A DNA stretch of 28,611 nt from a virus. Lineage: Duplodnaviria; Caudoviricetes. Below the pieces are notes generated by a model. The model was not told the DNA's origin, did not search any database, and worked only from the letters and a program-made list of their open reading frames with translations. The stretch lies in IMG/VR virus record IMGVR_UViG_3300031577_000012, positions 1-28,611 of that record; one strand, written 5' to 3'. Position 1 is the stretch's first letter; each line of letters begins with the position of its first letter. The translations under genes were made by a program, and so were the position numbers. Shown piece by piece: positions 14,494 to 23,812 of the stretch.

Positions 14494-17400
14494 ATGGCAG
14501 ATTCCAGTTTAGGCGAATACAAAGTTATTATCGGTGCTGATTATTCGGCTTTAACCGCATCTATGACAGCAATTACTCAGGCTGTAAGCCAATCAGCGCA
14601 GGACATAACTTCTAAAATGTCTACGATGACCGAAGGTATAGGTAAAAGCATGTCGGAAATGGCGGCTACTACCAGAACTGCGGCCTTGCAATCAGCTGAA
14701 CAGATTAATAGCATGAATAGTGCCCTTAAATCTGTTGAGACAGCAGGGGCGGCTAATTCTATTAAGAATGTCGGCAGTGCTACTGAAAGCCTAGGCCCAG
14801 CTTTTCAACGTGCCGCTTCAAGTGCAAGTGGATTAACTGGGGCGTTAGGTAAGCTAAAAAGCCATTTAGAATGGATTGGCACAGCGGCTTTTCTGGGCGG
14901 CATAGTTGCAATACCAGCGGCTATAATCGGCGTAACAGAATCAACAGAAGCGTTAAACGCCAAGATTAGGCAAAACCTTGAATTGTCTGACCGATACCAC
15001 GGCAACAACGAATTGCTTGACGCTGACATGCAACGATTAACACAGACTGCCCAAACTTATGCTGTTGGATATGGTGCTAGTATTGAAGACGTACAGCAAG
15101 CAATGCAAGTCCTGTCAAGAAGGTTCAAAGATGTCGAAATTGTATCATATTTGACAAGCGTTGCGCTAACTATGAATAGGCTCGACCAAGTTCAACTTAC
15201 AAAGGCAAGTCAGGATTTAGAAGCTGTAATGCTCCAATTTGGTTTATCAGGCGAAGGAACTAAACAATTTTTAAACGATTTTACAGTTGCGGTACATACG
15301 GCCAGAGTCACCGGGACAGATTTACTCGATGCGTTAGAACGCTCTGGGAGTGCGTTTAAAGGCTTTAATATGGACTGTAGAGAATCTATTGCGGCTGTTG
15401 CGGCACTGTCTACAGAAACGGCTCGCGCCGGAGGAACAATTGGCAACAGCTTCAAAAGTATAGCCGCAAACTTCGATACCAAAAAAGCTATCGAAGCGTT
15501 AGACGCTTACAATATCAAGCTATATGAAGTAAATGAAAACGGCACTAAGACAATGCGAAGCGGTGCAAATATATTCGGCGAGTTGCAAAACCTATTTCAA
15601 CAGCTAGACGATGAAGGACAGCGCAAATTGGCCTTGTCCTTGGCTGGTGGCAAATTCCAAGTTAACCAATTAATGGCCTTCCTAGAGGACGCTAATGGAA
15701 ACTTTTCTAAGATCATGAATGAAATGAAAGAGAAGTCTTCTGACGCAATGACTCAACAATTATTAGCAGTTTCCATGCAAACGTACCAAGTTAAAATTGC
15801 TCAGTTTAAGGCGGCGTTACAGGTATTAGCACAGACAATTGGTAATCAGGTATTACCTGCACTGAAAAAATTTGCTGTATTCCTCACTGGTAGCGCGATG
15901 TGGTTACAACAACATTCTACGGCTGTAATAAATGTAGGAAAAGGGTTGTTAATTTTAGTCGCTGGATACGTGGCGGTTCGTACGGCGGTTGGCATGGCGG
16001 CTATTGCAACGGGATTATATAACATAGCATTAGCGGCTACTACTGGAACAGTAGCACTATCGGCGGCAGGAACCTGGGCACAGTCGGCGGCAAGTGCGGC
16101 GGCAACAATAGCTACAACGGCACAAATAGCGGCTACTGACGGATTAGCAACAGCATTTAGGGCATTATGGGTTGCAATGGGGCCAGTTGGCTGGGTAATT
16201 CTTGGGATTATCGCCCTTGGAACAGCTATATACGAAGTTTATACCAATTGGAGTACAGTCGGCCCTTTGCTAATAGGCATATGGAACGGACTAATAGATT
16301 TTATTTATCAATGTTGTGAAAATGCTCTAAAAACGTTTCCTCTATTGGGCGTTGGTTTGTATGTGGTATACGCACTGTTTGAGGGAACAATCGAACTAAT
16401 TAAAGCACAATGGAATGGCTGGATTAGCTTTTTTAGTAGTGCGGCACAGATAATATATAAAATAATTATCAGCACTTGTGACGCTTTACCAGCTTTAGTA
16501 CAAGGCTTTAAGGACGCAATATCTAATATTTGCGGCGGTTTATTCGACTTCTCTGGCGTACAATTACCAGAATGGGCTAATCAGGTTATTTCTTATTTCT
16601 CGCAATTAGCTGATAAAATCGACGCATTAGCTGATAGAATAGCTAACAAAATTCGTAGTATCTTAGATATGGCGAAAGCAGCTACAAGTGCTGCAGATAG
16701 TAATGCGACGCCAGAAGAAGACCCTTTTCAAAAGGCCATTAACGAGCAAAAAGCCATGTACGAACAGTTTAAGGCTCAAATGGATTCTAGTATGGCTCCT
16801 GTTACAGCGCCAACCTTACCTGACCAAATAGGTGGCGGTGGCGCAGGGGGTAGTAGCGGAAGACACGGCGGTTCTGGTAGTTCCAGTGAATCAGGCGAAA
16901 CCGAATACGAACAGCAGAAAAAAGCCTATGAAGCGGCTAAAACACAAGCAGAGTACGATACAGAAAGTCAAGGTAAGAAGTTTACCGCTAACGATGATTT
17001 ATACTTATATAACGCCTTTTTGTCGGAAACACCCAAAACTGATGACAATAAGCATCAGGAAACTTTGGATTACAATAAGGGCGAATATGAGCGTAAGAAG
17101 AAGATCATTGACGAAGAATTAGAACTAGATCAGGCTAAATATGACCGTGAAGAAGCTATGGCAAAAATATCTGAGGACAAAAAAAAGCAGATTGAAAATG
17201 ATATTGCTCAGAAAAAGGCTAATGGTGAAACGCTTTCGCCTGATGAGGAAAAGGTTTACATAGCCTTACAAAAGGTCAATAGCGAATTAGCAGGTTCAGC
17301 TAAATGGTACGAACAGCGGAAAGCCGCTATAGAAGCTGAAACAAAGTTGATCGAAAATCAGCTAAAGGTAATAAAAGAACGGGCTAACCTAGAGAGAACA

Positions 17401-18636
17401 GCGTCAGCGGCACAAAAGGCCAAAGAAAATCCTGGTATTAATGTAGATGCTGTAATGGGTACGGAAAACAAAGAAAAGAAGACACAGCAGGAAAAAGTAG
17501 CGGCTAAACAAACCTACGATGATAACGAGCAAGAAACAGTAGAATTAGTTAGTGAAAGTGCGAAGAATTTAACTACACAATTAGATTTGTACAAGCAGTA
17601 TTGTAATGCTACTACATCGGCAGATCGGGCGAAAACCGAAAAGCTGATGGAAGACAACTCAACGGATGCCACTCAACTAAGATCGACTTTAAACGCCAAA
17701 ATGGCGGCTACTAAAGAGTATTATAATAAGAAGAATAATTTAGACCTTCAATCTTACCAGCAGGAGAATCGCTACGAAATAGCAGCCTTAAAAGCGTATA
17801 CTTCCGGCGTTGAGCAGGCTATGAATAGCATCCTTACTAAAACTAAGTCGTTCAAAGAGGCTATGACAAGCATCTTTAGTAGCCTTTGGAAAGCTGTAGC
17901 ACAACAGTATAGTAGCGATTTTGCAACGAAGTGGACCGCTGGCTTGAATAAGTTGGTGCTAGGTCAAAAGAAAGCCAACAACGAAGTCAAATCAAATACC
18001 ACAACAACTACTGCCGCTGAAACAGCTAATAAAACAGCGGCTGATACTGCCGCGATAACTTCGGACAATAATAAAACAGCCAAAGAAATTGCAAACGCAA
18101 ACAAGCTAAAAGAAGCACAGCAAAATGCTAGTACAGAAGCCGCGCAAACCTCCGTTACTAATATAGGTACTGAATTAGTATCCTTGCTACAAATGGCGGC
18201 TATTATGTATGCTCTGTCAGCGTTGTTTGGCGGCGGCTCTAGTTCATCTTCCAGCACCACAACCCGGTCAAGTTCCTCTTACTACGGCTCTGGGGTGGCG
18301 ACTACAAGTTTGCCGTCTTATGATGTAGGTACACTGGAAGTACCGGAGGATATGCTAGCACAGGTACATAAAGGAGAAACGATTGTCCCTGCTACTTTTG
18401 CTGAAGGCGCTAGGGACTTTATTTCAAATGGTGGTTTCTCTGGTAGCAATAATAATCAGCAACAACAATTCAGTGTTCCAAATGTAAGTAGCAGCCAAAA
18501 TTATAAAATCAGTGCAATGGACGGTGCGAGTGTTAAAAGGGTACTATCTAGCAATGCACAGCAGACAGCAAAGGGTATTTACAATGTGACAAGATCAGGA
18601 GCGCAATACAATGCTAATAGATGGAATTTAGCATAG
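14494..18636 (+). CDS. Tape measure protein
   Basis: 1380 aa, Ala-rich and helical. TP901-like core (AGGTIGNSFKSI), central hydrophobic/Trp-periodic segment, C-terminal SYDVGT..VP.DMLAQVHKGE motif. Confidence 0.93.
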   Translation: MADSSLGEYKVIIGADYSALTASMTAITQAVSQSAQDITSKMSTMTEGIGKSMSEMAATTRTAALQSAEQINSMNSALKSVETAGAANSIKNVGSATESLGPAFQRAASSASGLTGALGKLKSHLEWIGTAAFLGGIVAIPAAIIGVTESTEALNAKIRQNLELSDRYHGNNELLDADMQRLTQTAQTYAVGYGASIEDVQQAMQVLSRRFKDVEIVSYLTSVALTMNRLDQVQLTKASQDLEAVMLQFGLSGEGTKQFLNDFTVAVHTARVTGTDLLDALERSGSAFKGFNMDCRESIAAVAALSTETARAGGTIGNSFKSIAANFDTKKAIEALDAYNIKLYEVNENGTKTMRSGANIFGELQNLFQQLDDEGQRKLALSLAGGKFQVNQLMAFLEDANGNFSKIMNEMKEKSSDAMTQQLLAVSMQTYQVKIAQFKAALQVLAQTIGNQVLPALKKFAVFLTGSAMWLQQHSTAVINVGKGLLILVAGYVAVRTAVGMAAIATGLYNIALAATTGTVALSAAGTWAQSAASAAATIATTAQIAATDGLATAFRALWVAMGPVGWVILGIIALGTAIYEVYTNWSTVGPLLIGIWNGLIDFIYQCCENALKTFPLLGVGLYVVYALFEGTIELIKAQWNGWISFFSSAAQIIYKIIISTCDALPALVQGFKDAISNICGGLFDFSGVQLPEWANQVISYFSQLADKIDALADRIANKIRSILDMAKAATSAADSNATPEEDPFQKAINEQKAMYEQFKAQMDSSMAPVTAPTLPDQIGGGGAGGSSGRHGGSGSSSESGETEYEQQKKAYEAAKTQAEYDTESQGKKFTANDDLYLYNAFLSETPKTDDNKHQETLDYNKGEYERKKKIIDEELELDQAKYDREEAMAKISEDKKKQIENDIAQKKANGETLSPDEEKVYIALQKVNSELAGSAKWYEQRKAAIEAETKLIENQLKVIKERANLERTASAAQKAKENPGINVDAVMGTENKEKKTQQEKVAAKQTYDDNEQETVELVSESAKNLTTQLDLYKQYCNATTSADRAKTEKLMEDNSTDATQLRSTLNAKMAATKEYYNKKNNLDLQSYQQENRYEIAALKAYTSGVEQAMNSILTKTKSFKEAMTSIFSSLWKAVAQQYSSDFATKWTAGLNKLVLGQKKANNEVKSNTTTTTAAETANKTAADTAAITSDNNKTAKEIANANKLKEAQQNASTEAAQTSVTNIGTELVSLLQMAAIMYALSALFGGGSSSSSSTTTRSSSSYYGSGVATTSLPSYDVGTLEVPEDMLAQVHKGETIVPATFAEGARDFISNGGFSGSNNNQQQQFSVPNVSSSQNYKISAMDGASVKRVLSSNAQQTAKGIYNVTRSGAQYNANRWNLA

Positions 18637-18649
18637 GGCAGGTGATTGG

Positions 18650-19243
18650 ATGAGTGATGAAGTTTTTCCCTTATTGAGAGGGTTGTCGTTAGGTATAAAA
18701 AAGAAACCAGAGTTTAAAACAATACAGCAAACTAGCGTACTGGGGATAGATAAAACTCTATCCCTTGTTCCTTATCCTAAGTGGACATTCACTATCGGAT
18801 ACGAATATTTGCTAGATAAAAACTCGGTTAAAGATGACATACAGAAGTTAATTGGATTCTATATAAATCGCATGGGAAAATACGATGATTGGTTATATTA
18901 TGACCTATACGACAATTATTGTAATGGTCAAGAGTTCGGTACTGGTGACGGTTCAACAACAACATTTCAACTATGCAGATCATGGGGCGGCTTTATTGAA
19001 CCTGTGATCGGCGTACTGGATGACCCTGTTATTACTATAGATGGAGTACCTACAACCGCATTTACTTATACGTCAAAAGGTAAGGTTACCTTTACTACTG
19101 CCCCTTCATCGAGCGCAACGCTTGCATGGACGGGTGGTTTTTATTATAGGTGTAGATTTACGGAAGATGAGCAGGAATTTGAAGAGATTTTAAATGGAAT
19201 ATGGAAATGTGACAGTGTCATTTTTAAGTCGGTGCTGATATGA
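18650..19243 (+). CDS. Distal tail protein, DUF2460/GTA-type
   Basis: VFPLLRGL, KKPEFKT, FGTGDGSTTTFQL, VTFTTAP and WTGGFYYRCRF motifs. Directly follows the tape measure gene. Confidence 0.85.
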   Translation: MSDEVFPLLRGLSLGIKKKPEFKTIQQTSVLGIDKTLSLVPYPKWTFTIGYEYLLDKNSVKDDIQKLIGFYINRMGKYDDWLYYDLYDNYCNGQEFGTGDGSTTTFQLCRSWGGFIEPVIGVLDDPVITIDGVPTTAFTYTSKGKVTFTTAPSSSATLAWTGGFYYRCRFTEDEQEFEEILNGIWKCDSVIFKSVLI

Positions 19244-20124
19244 AGACATGTTCAACAGCATTACTCACATTGCTCAACTCGGCAACAAGCTTGTGCCTGG
19301 TTGAGCTTTTTAAATTCACGCTCACAGACGGAACAATATTCCGCTTTACTTCTCTTCCCTATAATTTTACATGCGGTTCATATAGCTATAGCCCATTACC
19401 AATTGACACGGGCGGTCTAAAACAATCGCTGGGTTTCAGTGTTGACGAATTGTCAATCACAATGTATTACGACACAGACACATTGACCATAAATAATAAT
19501 TCGGTTTATATTCCACGTGCGCTTAGATCAGGTTCATTCAGATGGGCTACATGCGAATATTCACAGGTGTTCATGGAGTCATGGGCATTGTCGGCTACAG
19601 AGGATTATCAATTAGTATTGTTCGTAGGCAGGACAGAAGTCGAATCTGCCGGACGTACAAAAGCTGAATTAAAAATCAAGACATTTACTGACCTGTTAAC
19701 AACCAAAAGTCCTCCTAATCTTTACCAGGCTGGATGTATGAATTGCCTATACGGTGATACTTGCGGCTTAGATGAAGACGATTGGACAGAAAGCTATACA
19801 TTGTTATCTGGCAGTACAAAAAGCAAGCTGTATGTCACTTGTAGCCATTCGGCTAGTTACTATCAAGGCGGCTATGTAAAATTCTCTACAGGCGATAATT
19901 ACGGTCTTAGCAGGACAATAAAAAGCCATACTTACGATTCTAGCATGGGTATAGCAACACTAAGCCTTATGTATAACCTGGAATATACTCCCGTTACAGG
20001 CAACACAGTGAAGCTAATAGCTGGATGTGACCATACTCGCTCACTTTGTAAAAGCAGGTTCTCTAATGGTAGTAGTTACAGGGGAACACCTTTCATTCCA
20101 GTTCCTAGGGTATCTGCTAGTTAA
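19240..20124 (+). CDS. Baseplate hub protein, DUF2163/BR0599-type (lambda gpL-like)
   Basis: Cys motifs YQAGCMNCLYGDTCG and AGCDHT...CKSRF..YRGTPFIP. Confidence 0.88.
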   Translation: MKTCSTALLTLLNSATSLCLVELFKFTLTDGTIFRFTSLPYNFTCGSYSYSPLPIDTGGLKQSLGFSVDELSITMYYDTDTLTINNNSVYIPRALRSGSFRWATCEYSQVFMESWALSATEDYQLVLFVGRTEVESAGRTKAELKIKTFTDLLTTKSPPNLYQAGCMNCLYGDTCGLDEDDWTESYTLLSGSTKSKLYVTCSHSASYYQGGYVKFSTGDNYGLSRTIKSHTYDSSMGIATLSLMYNLEYTPVTGNTVKLIAGCDHTRSLCKSRFSNGSSYRGTPFIPVPRVSAS

Positions 20125-20141
20125 TGGAAGGAGATTAATTT

Positions 20142-20585
20142 ATGACTGATTTAGAACGACAACAACGGCAACAAGTAGTAGACGAAGCAAAATCCTGGCT
20201 AGGCACTCCGCACATTAACGAAGCACGGGTAAAAGGGGCTGGCGTTGATTGTGGTATGTTGGTACTAGAAACATTCGAACGGTGCGGTCTTGTCCCACAT
20301 ACGGAATTACCACATTACTCTAATGAATGGCACTTGCATCACTCGGAAGAACAATATTTAGACTGGGTTAGCAAGTTCGGACATGAAGTTAAGAACCGTG
20401 ACCCACTTCCTGGTGATGTAATCTTGTACCAATACGGCAGATGTATTAGCCACGGCGCGATTGTGGTCGATTATCCAACCATAATCCATGCCTATATAAG
20501 GATAGGCGTTGTCTATGCTGATGCGACACAAAACAATCTATCGAAGCGTCAACGGGCAATATATTCCTTCTGGCCAGAAGGGTAG
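20142..20585 (+). CDS. Tail-associated NlpC/P60 peptidase
   Basis: AKSWLGTP, GAGVDCGML (catalytic Cys), PGDVILY, SHGAIV and IIHA motifs. Confidence 0.92.
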   Translation: MTDLERQQRQQVVDEAKSWLGTPHINEARVKGAGVDCGMLVLETFERCGLVPHTELPHYSNEWHLHHSEEQYLDWVSKFGHEVKNRDPLPGDVILYQYGRCISHGAIVVDYPTIIHAYIRIGVVYADATQNNLSKRQRAIYSFWPEG

Positions 20586-20594
20586 GAGATATAT

Positions 20595-23048
20595 TTGGGC
20601 GGTTCAACAGTATCAACAGGGACAAAATACGATTATTTAGACATCACTACCTCAGTATTCGGGCAACCACTTTCTATAGTGTACGGTACTCATAAACTTA
20701 GCGGTAACTGTATCGATTATGTTGATTTCACAGTTATAACAACGTCAACTACAAGCGGTAAAGGCGGCGTTACAACGGACAGTTACACTTATGAAGTAGC
20801 GGCGGCAATTGGACTGTGCGAAGGGACAATAGGCGGTATAGGCAGGATATGGGACTCTAGCACAGCATACGAAAAAAACTCGCTTAATAGTGATTATGGT
20901 TTTGATACGGCTACTAAAACGGCAATAGCAGCACTGTATTATGATTCCGATGGTGATGCGTTGGACACTGAAGACGATTTAAGCGTGTTTTATGGCACTA
21001 AAAGCCAGTCGGCATGGTCGTATATGACGAGTAAGCACAACGGTACTGTAACGGTAAGTACAAGCGGTTCGGGAACAGTACCATCTTCCAGCCCTTACAC
21101 GCTGACAATAACATTACCATCTACATCAGATACCTTTAGTAGCCTTACTTCTGTTTACTATTACAATGATGAAAGAAAGGTAACGCTTAGCACTGAATAT
21201 TATAGTTTTTCATCTTCTACATTAAAATTCACTTTCGATCAAGATTTTAGAGGTACAAAGATTTATTATACTTACAAGTATACTTATTATAGTGAAACCG
21301 CAAACCATGTTTTAACGTATCCTTACATCGCGTATGTGGCTGGCTATATATCATTAGGAAGCAGTAATTATCTAACTTCATACGGGTTTGAAGTGTTCGG
21401 GAAGAACATTTACGGTTCGGGTAATTTAGACTGCGAACCGTATTTGATTATTAAAGGGCTTTTAACTGACTCTGTATACGGCATTGATTACCCAACAGCC
21501 TACCTTGACGACATGAGCGAATATCAAACGTATTGCCTAGCAAGCGATATATTTCTCTCATTAGCATTAACAGACCAAGCAGAACTGTCGGATACCTTTA
21601 ACGACATAGCAAAGGCAACCAACAGTAACGCTATCGTTAGTCAAGGAATATTGAAGATAATTCCATACGGTACAACCAGCCTGACAGCTAACAGCACCAC
21701 ATATACGCCAGATTTAACACCAATATATTCGTTGTCTGACACCGATTATATCTATGATGATGACGACCCCGTTAAGCTAGGTACAGACAGCACAAGCGAC
21801 ATATATAATTTTCAGCAACTTACATTTAAGAATCGTGCTGATGAATACGCCGACGATGTTATTAGTTGCGAAGACCTGGCAAGTATTGACGATATTGGAC
21901 TTAGAAAAGCCGATTCTGTCAGCCTAGACTGTGTTACAACGTCAGCGGTGGCGGCTATTGTGGTCGTAAATATTGCCGAACGGACTATATACCATCGTAA
22001 TACCTACACGCTGAAAGTTCCTTATTTCCCATTTATCCTATTGGACCCAATGGACCTACTCGAAATAACTGACGATTACCTTGGACTTGATGCTGAATTG
22101 GTACGGATAAATGAAATTGAGGTTGACGAAAACAAAACAATCCAGCTAACAGTAGAAGAAGTTGGAGCAACAGGTAGTGGAACTGTTACTTACAGCAGAC
22201 AAGAACCAGTACGGGCAGGAACTAACACGGCTACATCCCCGGGTGATGTAAACACGCCTATTATTTTTGACCCTCCAAGCGGCCTTACTGACGGCACATT
22301 AGAAACCTGGATAGCGGCAAGCGGTGAATCGTCAAATTGGGGCGGTTGCTATGTTTATGTTTCACAGGACGGCGATAGCTACAAAAAGGTTGGCGAGATT
22401 AGTTCAAAATGTAAAACAGGCTTATTAACGGCTGACCTAGCTACAACAACTACTAGCCCTGACACAAGCAATACGCTGTCTGTCGATTTAACCGAAAGTA
22501 GCGGCACATTGTCAAGTGGTACACAGACAGACGCAACTAGTTACAACACTATTTGCTATGTGGACGGCGAGTTGATCGCATATGAAACAGCGACATTGAC
22601 CGCCGAATATAATTATGATCTAACATATTTAGTTCGTGGTATATATAGCACTACAATAGCCCAACACGAAAACGGGACACAATTCGCAAGACTAAACGAT
22701 TCCGTATTCAAATATGAATTTGGTGATAACTACGTTGGACAGACCATTTATATTAAGCTGTGTTCCTACAATATATATGGTAGTGGTGTTCAGTCCCTTT
22801 CGGACGTAACGGCATACACTCATACATTGACTAATAACGGCAAAGGTTCTTCTAGCGCAAGCTATACATTCACGCAATCGACAGCTAGTGCAACTTGGTC
22901 AATCACTCATGATTTGAATAAATACCCGTCTGTAACCTGCGTTGACACGTCCGGGAATAGCATTGTCGGTAGCGTTACTTATGATTCGCTAAATGCGCTA
23001 ACAATTACGTTCTCAGAAGCATTGACAGGAACAGCATATTTAACCTAA
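20595..23048 (+). CDS. Tail tip/host-specificity protein (lambda gpJ/GTA megatron-like)
   Basis: FGQPLSIVYG, GLCEGTIGGIGRIW, LLDPMD, WGGCYVYVSQDG, YLVRGIYST and IYIKLCSYN motifs. TTG start after an AGGAG RBS. Confidence 0.88.
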   Translation: MGGSTVSTGTKYDYLDITTSVFGQPLSIVYGTHKLSGNCIDYVDFTVITTSTTSGKGGVTTDSYTYEVAAAIGLCEGTIGGIGRIWDSSTAYEKNSLNSDYGFDTATKTAIAALYYDSDGDALDTEDDLSVFYGTKSQSAWSYMTSKHNGTVTVSTSGSGTVPSSSPYTLTITLPSTSDTFSSLTSVYYYNDERKVTLSTEYYSFSSSTLKFTFDQDFRGTKIYYTYKYTYYSETANHVLTYPYIAYVAGYISLGSSNYLTSYGFEVFGKNIYGSGNLDCEPYLIIKGLLTDSVYGIDYPTAYLDDMSEYQTYCLASDIFLSLALTDQAELSDTFNDIAKATNSNAIVSQGILKIIPYGTTSLTANSTTYTPDLTPIYSLSDTDYIYDDDDPVKLGTDSTSDIYNFQQLTFKNRADEYADDVISCEDLASIDDIGLRKADSVSLDCVTTSAVAAIVVVNIAERTIYHRNTYTLKVPYFPFILLDPMDLLEITDDYLGLDAELVRINEIEVDENKTIQLTVEEVGATGSGTVTYSRQEPVRAGTNTATSPGDVNTPIIFDPPSGLTDGTLETWIAASGESSNWGGCYVYVSQDGDSYKKVGEISSKCKTGLLTADLATTTTSPDTSNTLSVDLTESSGTLSSGTQTDATSYNTICYVDGELIAYETATLTAEYNYDLTYLVRGIYSTTIAQHENGTQFARLNDSVFKYEFGDNYVGQTIYIKLCSYNIYGSGVQSLSDVTAYTHTLTNNGKGSSSASYTFTQSTASATWSITHDLNKYPSVTCVDTSGNSIVGSVTYDSLNALTITFSEALTGTAYLT

Positions 23049-23061
23049 GGGAGGCGGTTTT

Positions 23062-23409
23062 TTGGCAACAACTAATGTCTATGTAAATTATGACATGAAC
23101 AGCAATTATATTCATAATCTCGCTGATGGGACAAGTGCGCAAGATGCGGCAACATATGCTCAAATTACTAGTCTAGAATCTTCTATGATGAAATGTTACA
23201 GCACAACCATAGGCGATGGTTCAGCAACTAGTTTTTCCGTATCTCACGGACTGTCTACGCAAAACGTCATAGTACAAGTCAGAATGACAGCATCACCGTA
23301 TACTTATATAACACCTTCGAGCATTGAAGCCACTGGCACTGCGTCGGTGGCTATCGCTTTTTCTAGTGCCCCAACAAGTGCGGAATACACAGTAATTATT
23401 ATTGGATAG
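23062..23409 (+). CDS. Small tail fibre/accessory protein
   Basis: IHNLADGTSAQDAATYAQI is a trimeric neck/stalk-like motif, followed by a beta-domain (IGDGSATSFSVSHGL...VIVQV). GGAGG RBS with TTG start. Confidence 0.65.
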   Translation: MATTNVYVNYDMNSNYIHNLADGTSAQDAATYAQITSLESSMMKCYSTTIGDGSATSFSVSHGLSTQNVIVQVRMTASPYTYITPSSIEATGTASVAIAFSSAPTSAEYTVIIIG

Positions 23410-23419
23410 GCGGTGGAAT

Positions 23420-23788
23420 ATGGCAGATGCAATAATTAAACTCAAGCAAGGAAGTTATTGGGAAAAGACATTAAAAGTTTATACCTCTGATGGGGATTTG
23501 TATTCTTTTTCGTCTTATAGTTCTGTAGCAATGGAAATAAGACGAACGCCGCAGGACAAAACGGCAATTGCTACGGTTACATGCGCCTTTGTTTCTCCTA
23601 AAGCTACGTCGGGCGAAATTACGCTAATACTCACTAGTGACCAAACAGCGGATATTCCGTCTAATGCTAAAACATTAGACGACTATACAATTTATTTCGG
23701 CGATGTATTTTTAACTTCCAGCACTGGTATTAGAACATGTCTTTGTAATTTAGAATTGCACGTAATACCAGAGGTAACAAGGTCATAA
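23420..23788 (+). CDS. Putative virion structural/fibre-attachment protein
   Basis: IKLKQGSYW...DG.LY.F..Y...MEIR...GEITLILTSDQT pattern is common in genes preceding fibres. ATG 23420 follows AGGCGGTGG. Confidence 0.65.
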   Translation: MADAIIKLKQGSYWEKTLKVYTSDGDLYSFSSYSSVAMEIRRTPQDKTAIATVTCAFVSPKATSGEITLILTSDQTADIPSNAKTLDDYTIYFGDVFLTSSTGIRTCLCNLELHVIPEVTRS

Positions 23789-23812
23789 AAGCATAGAAAG
23801 GGGCGAATATAT

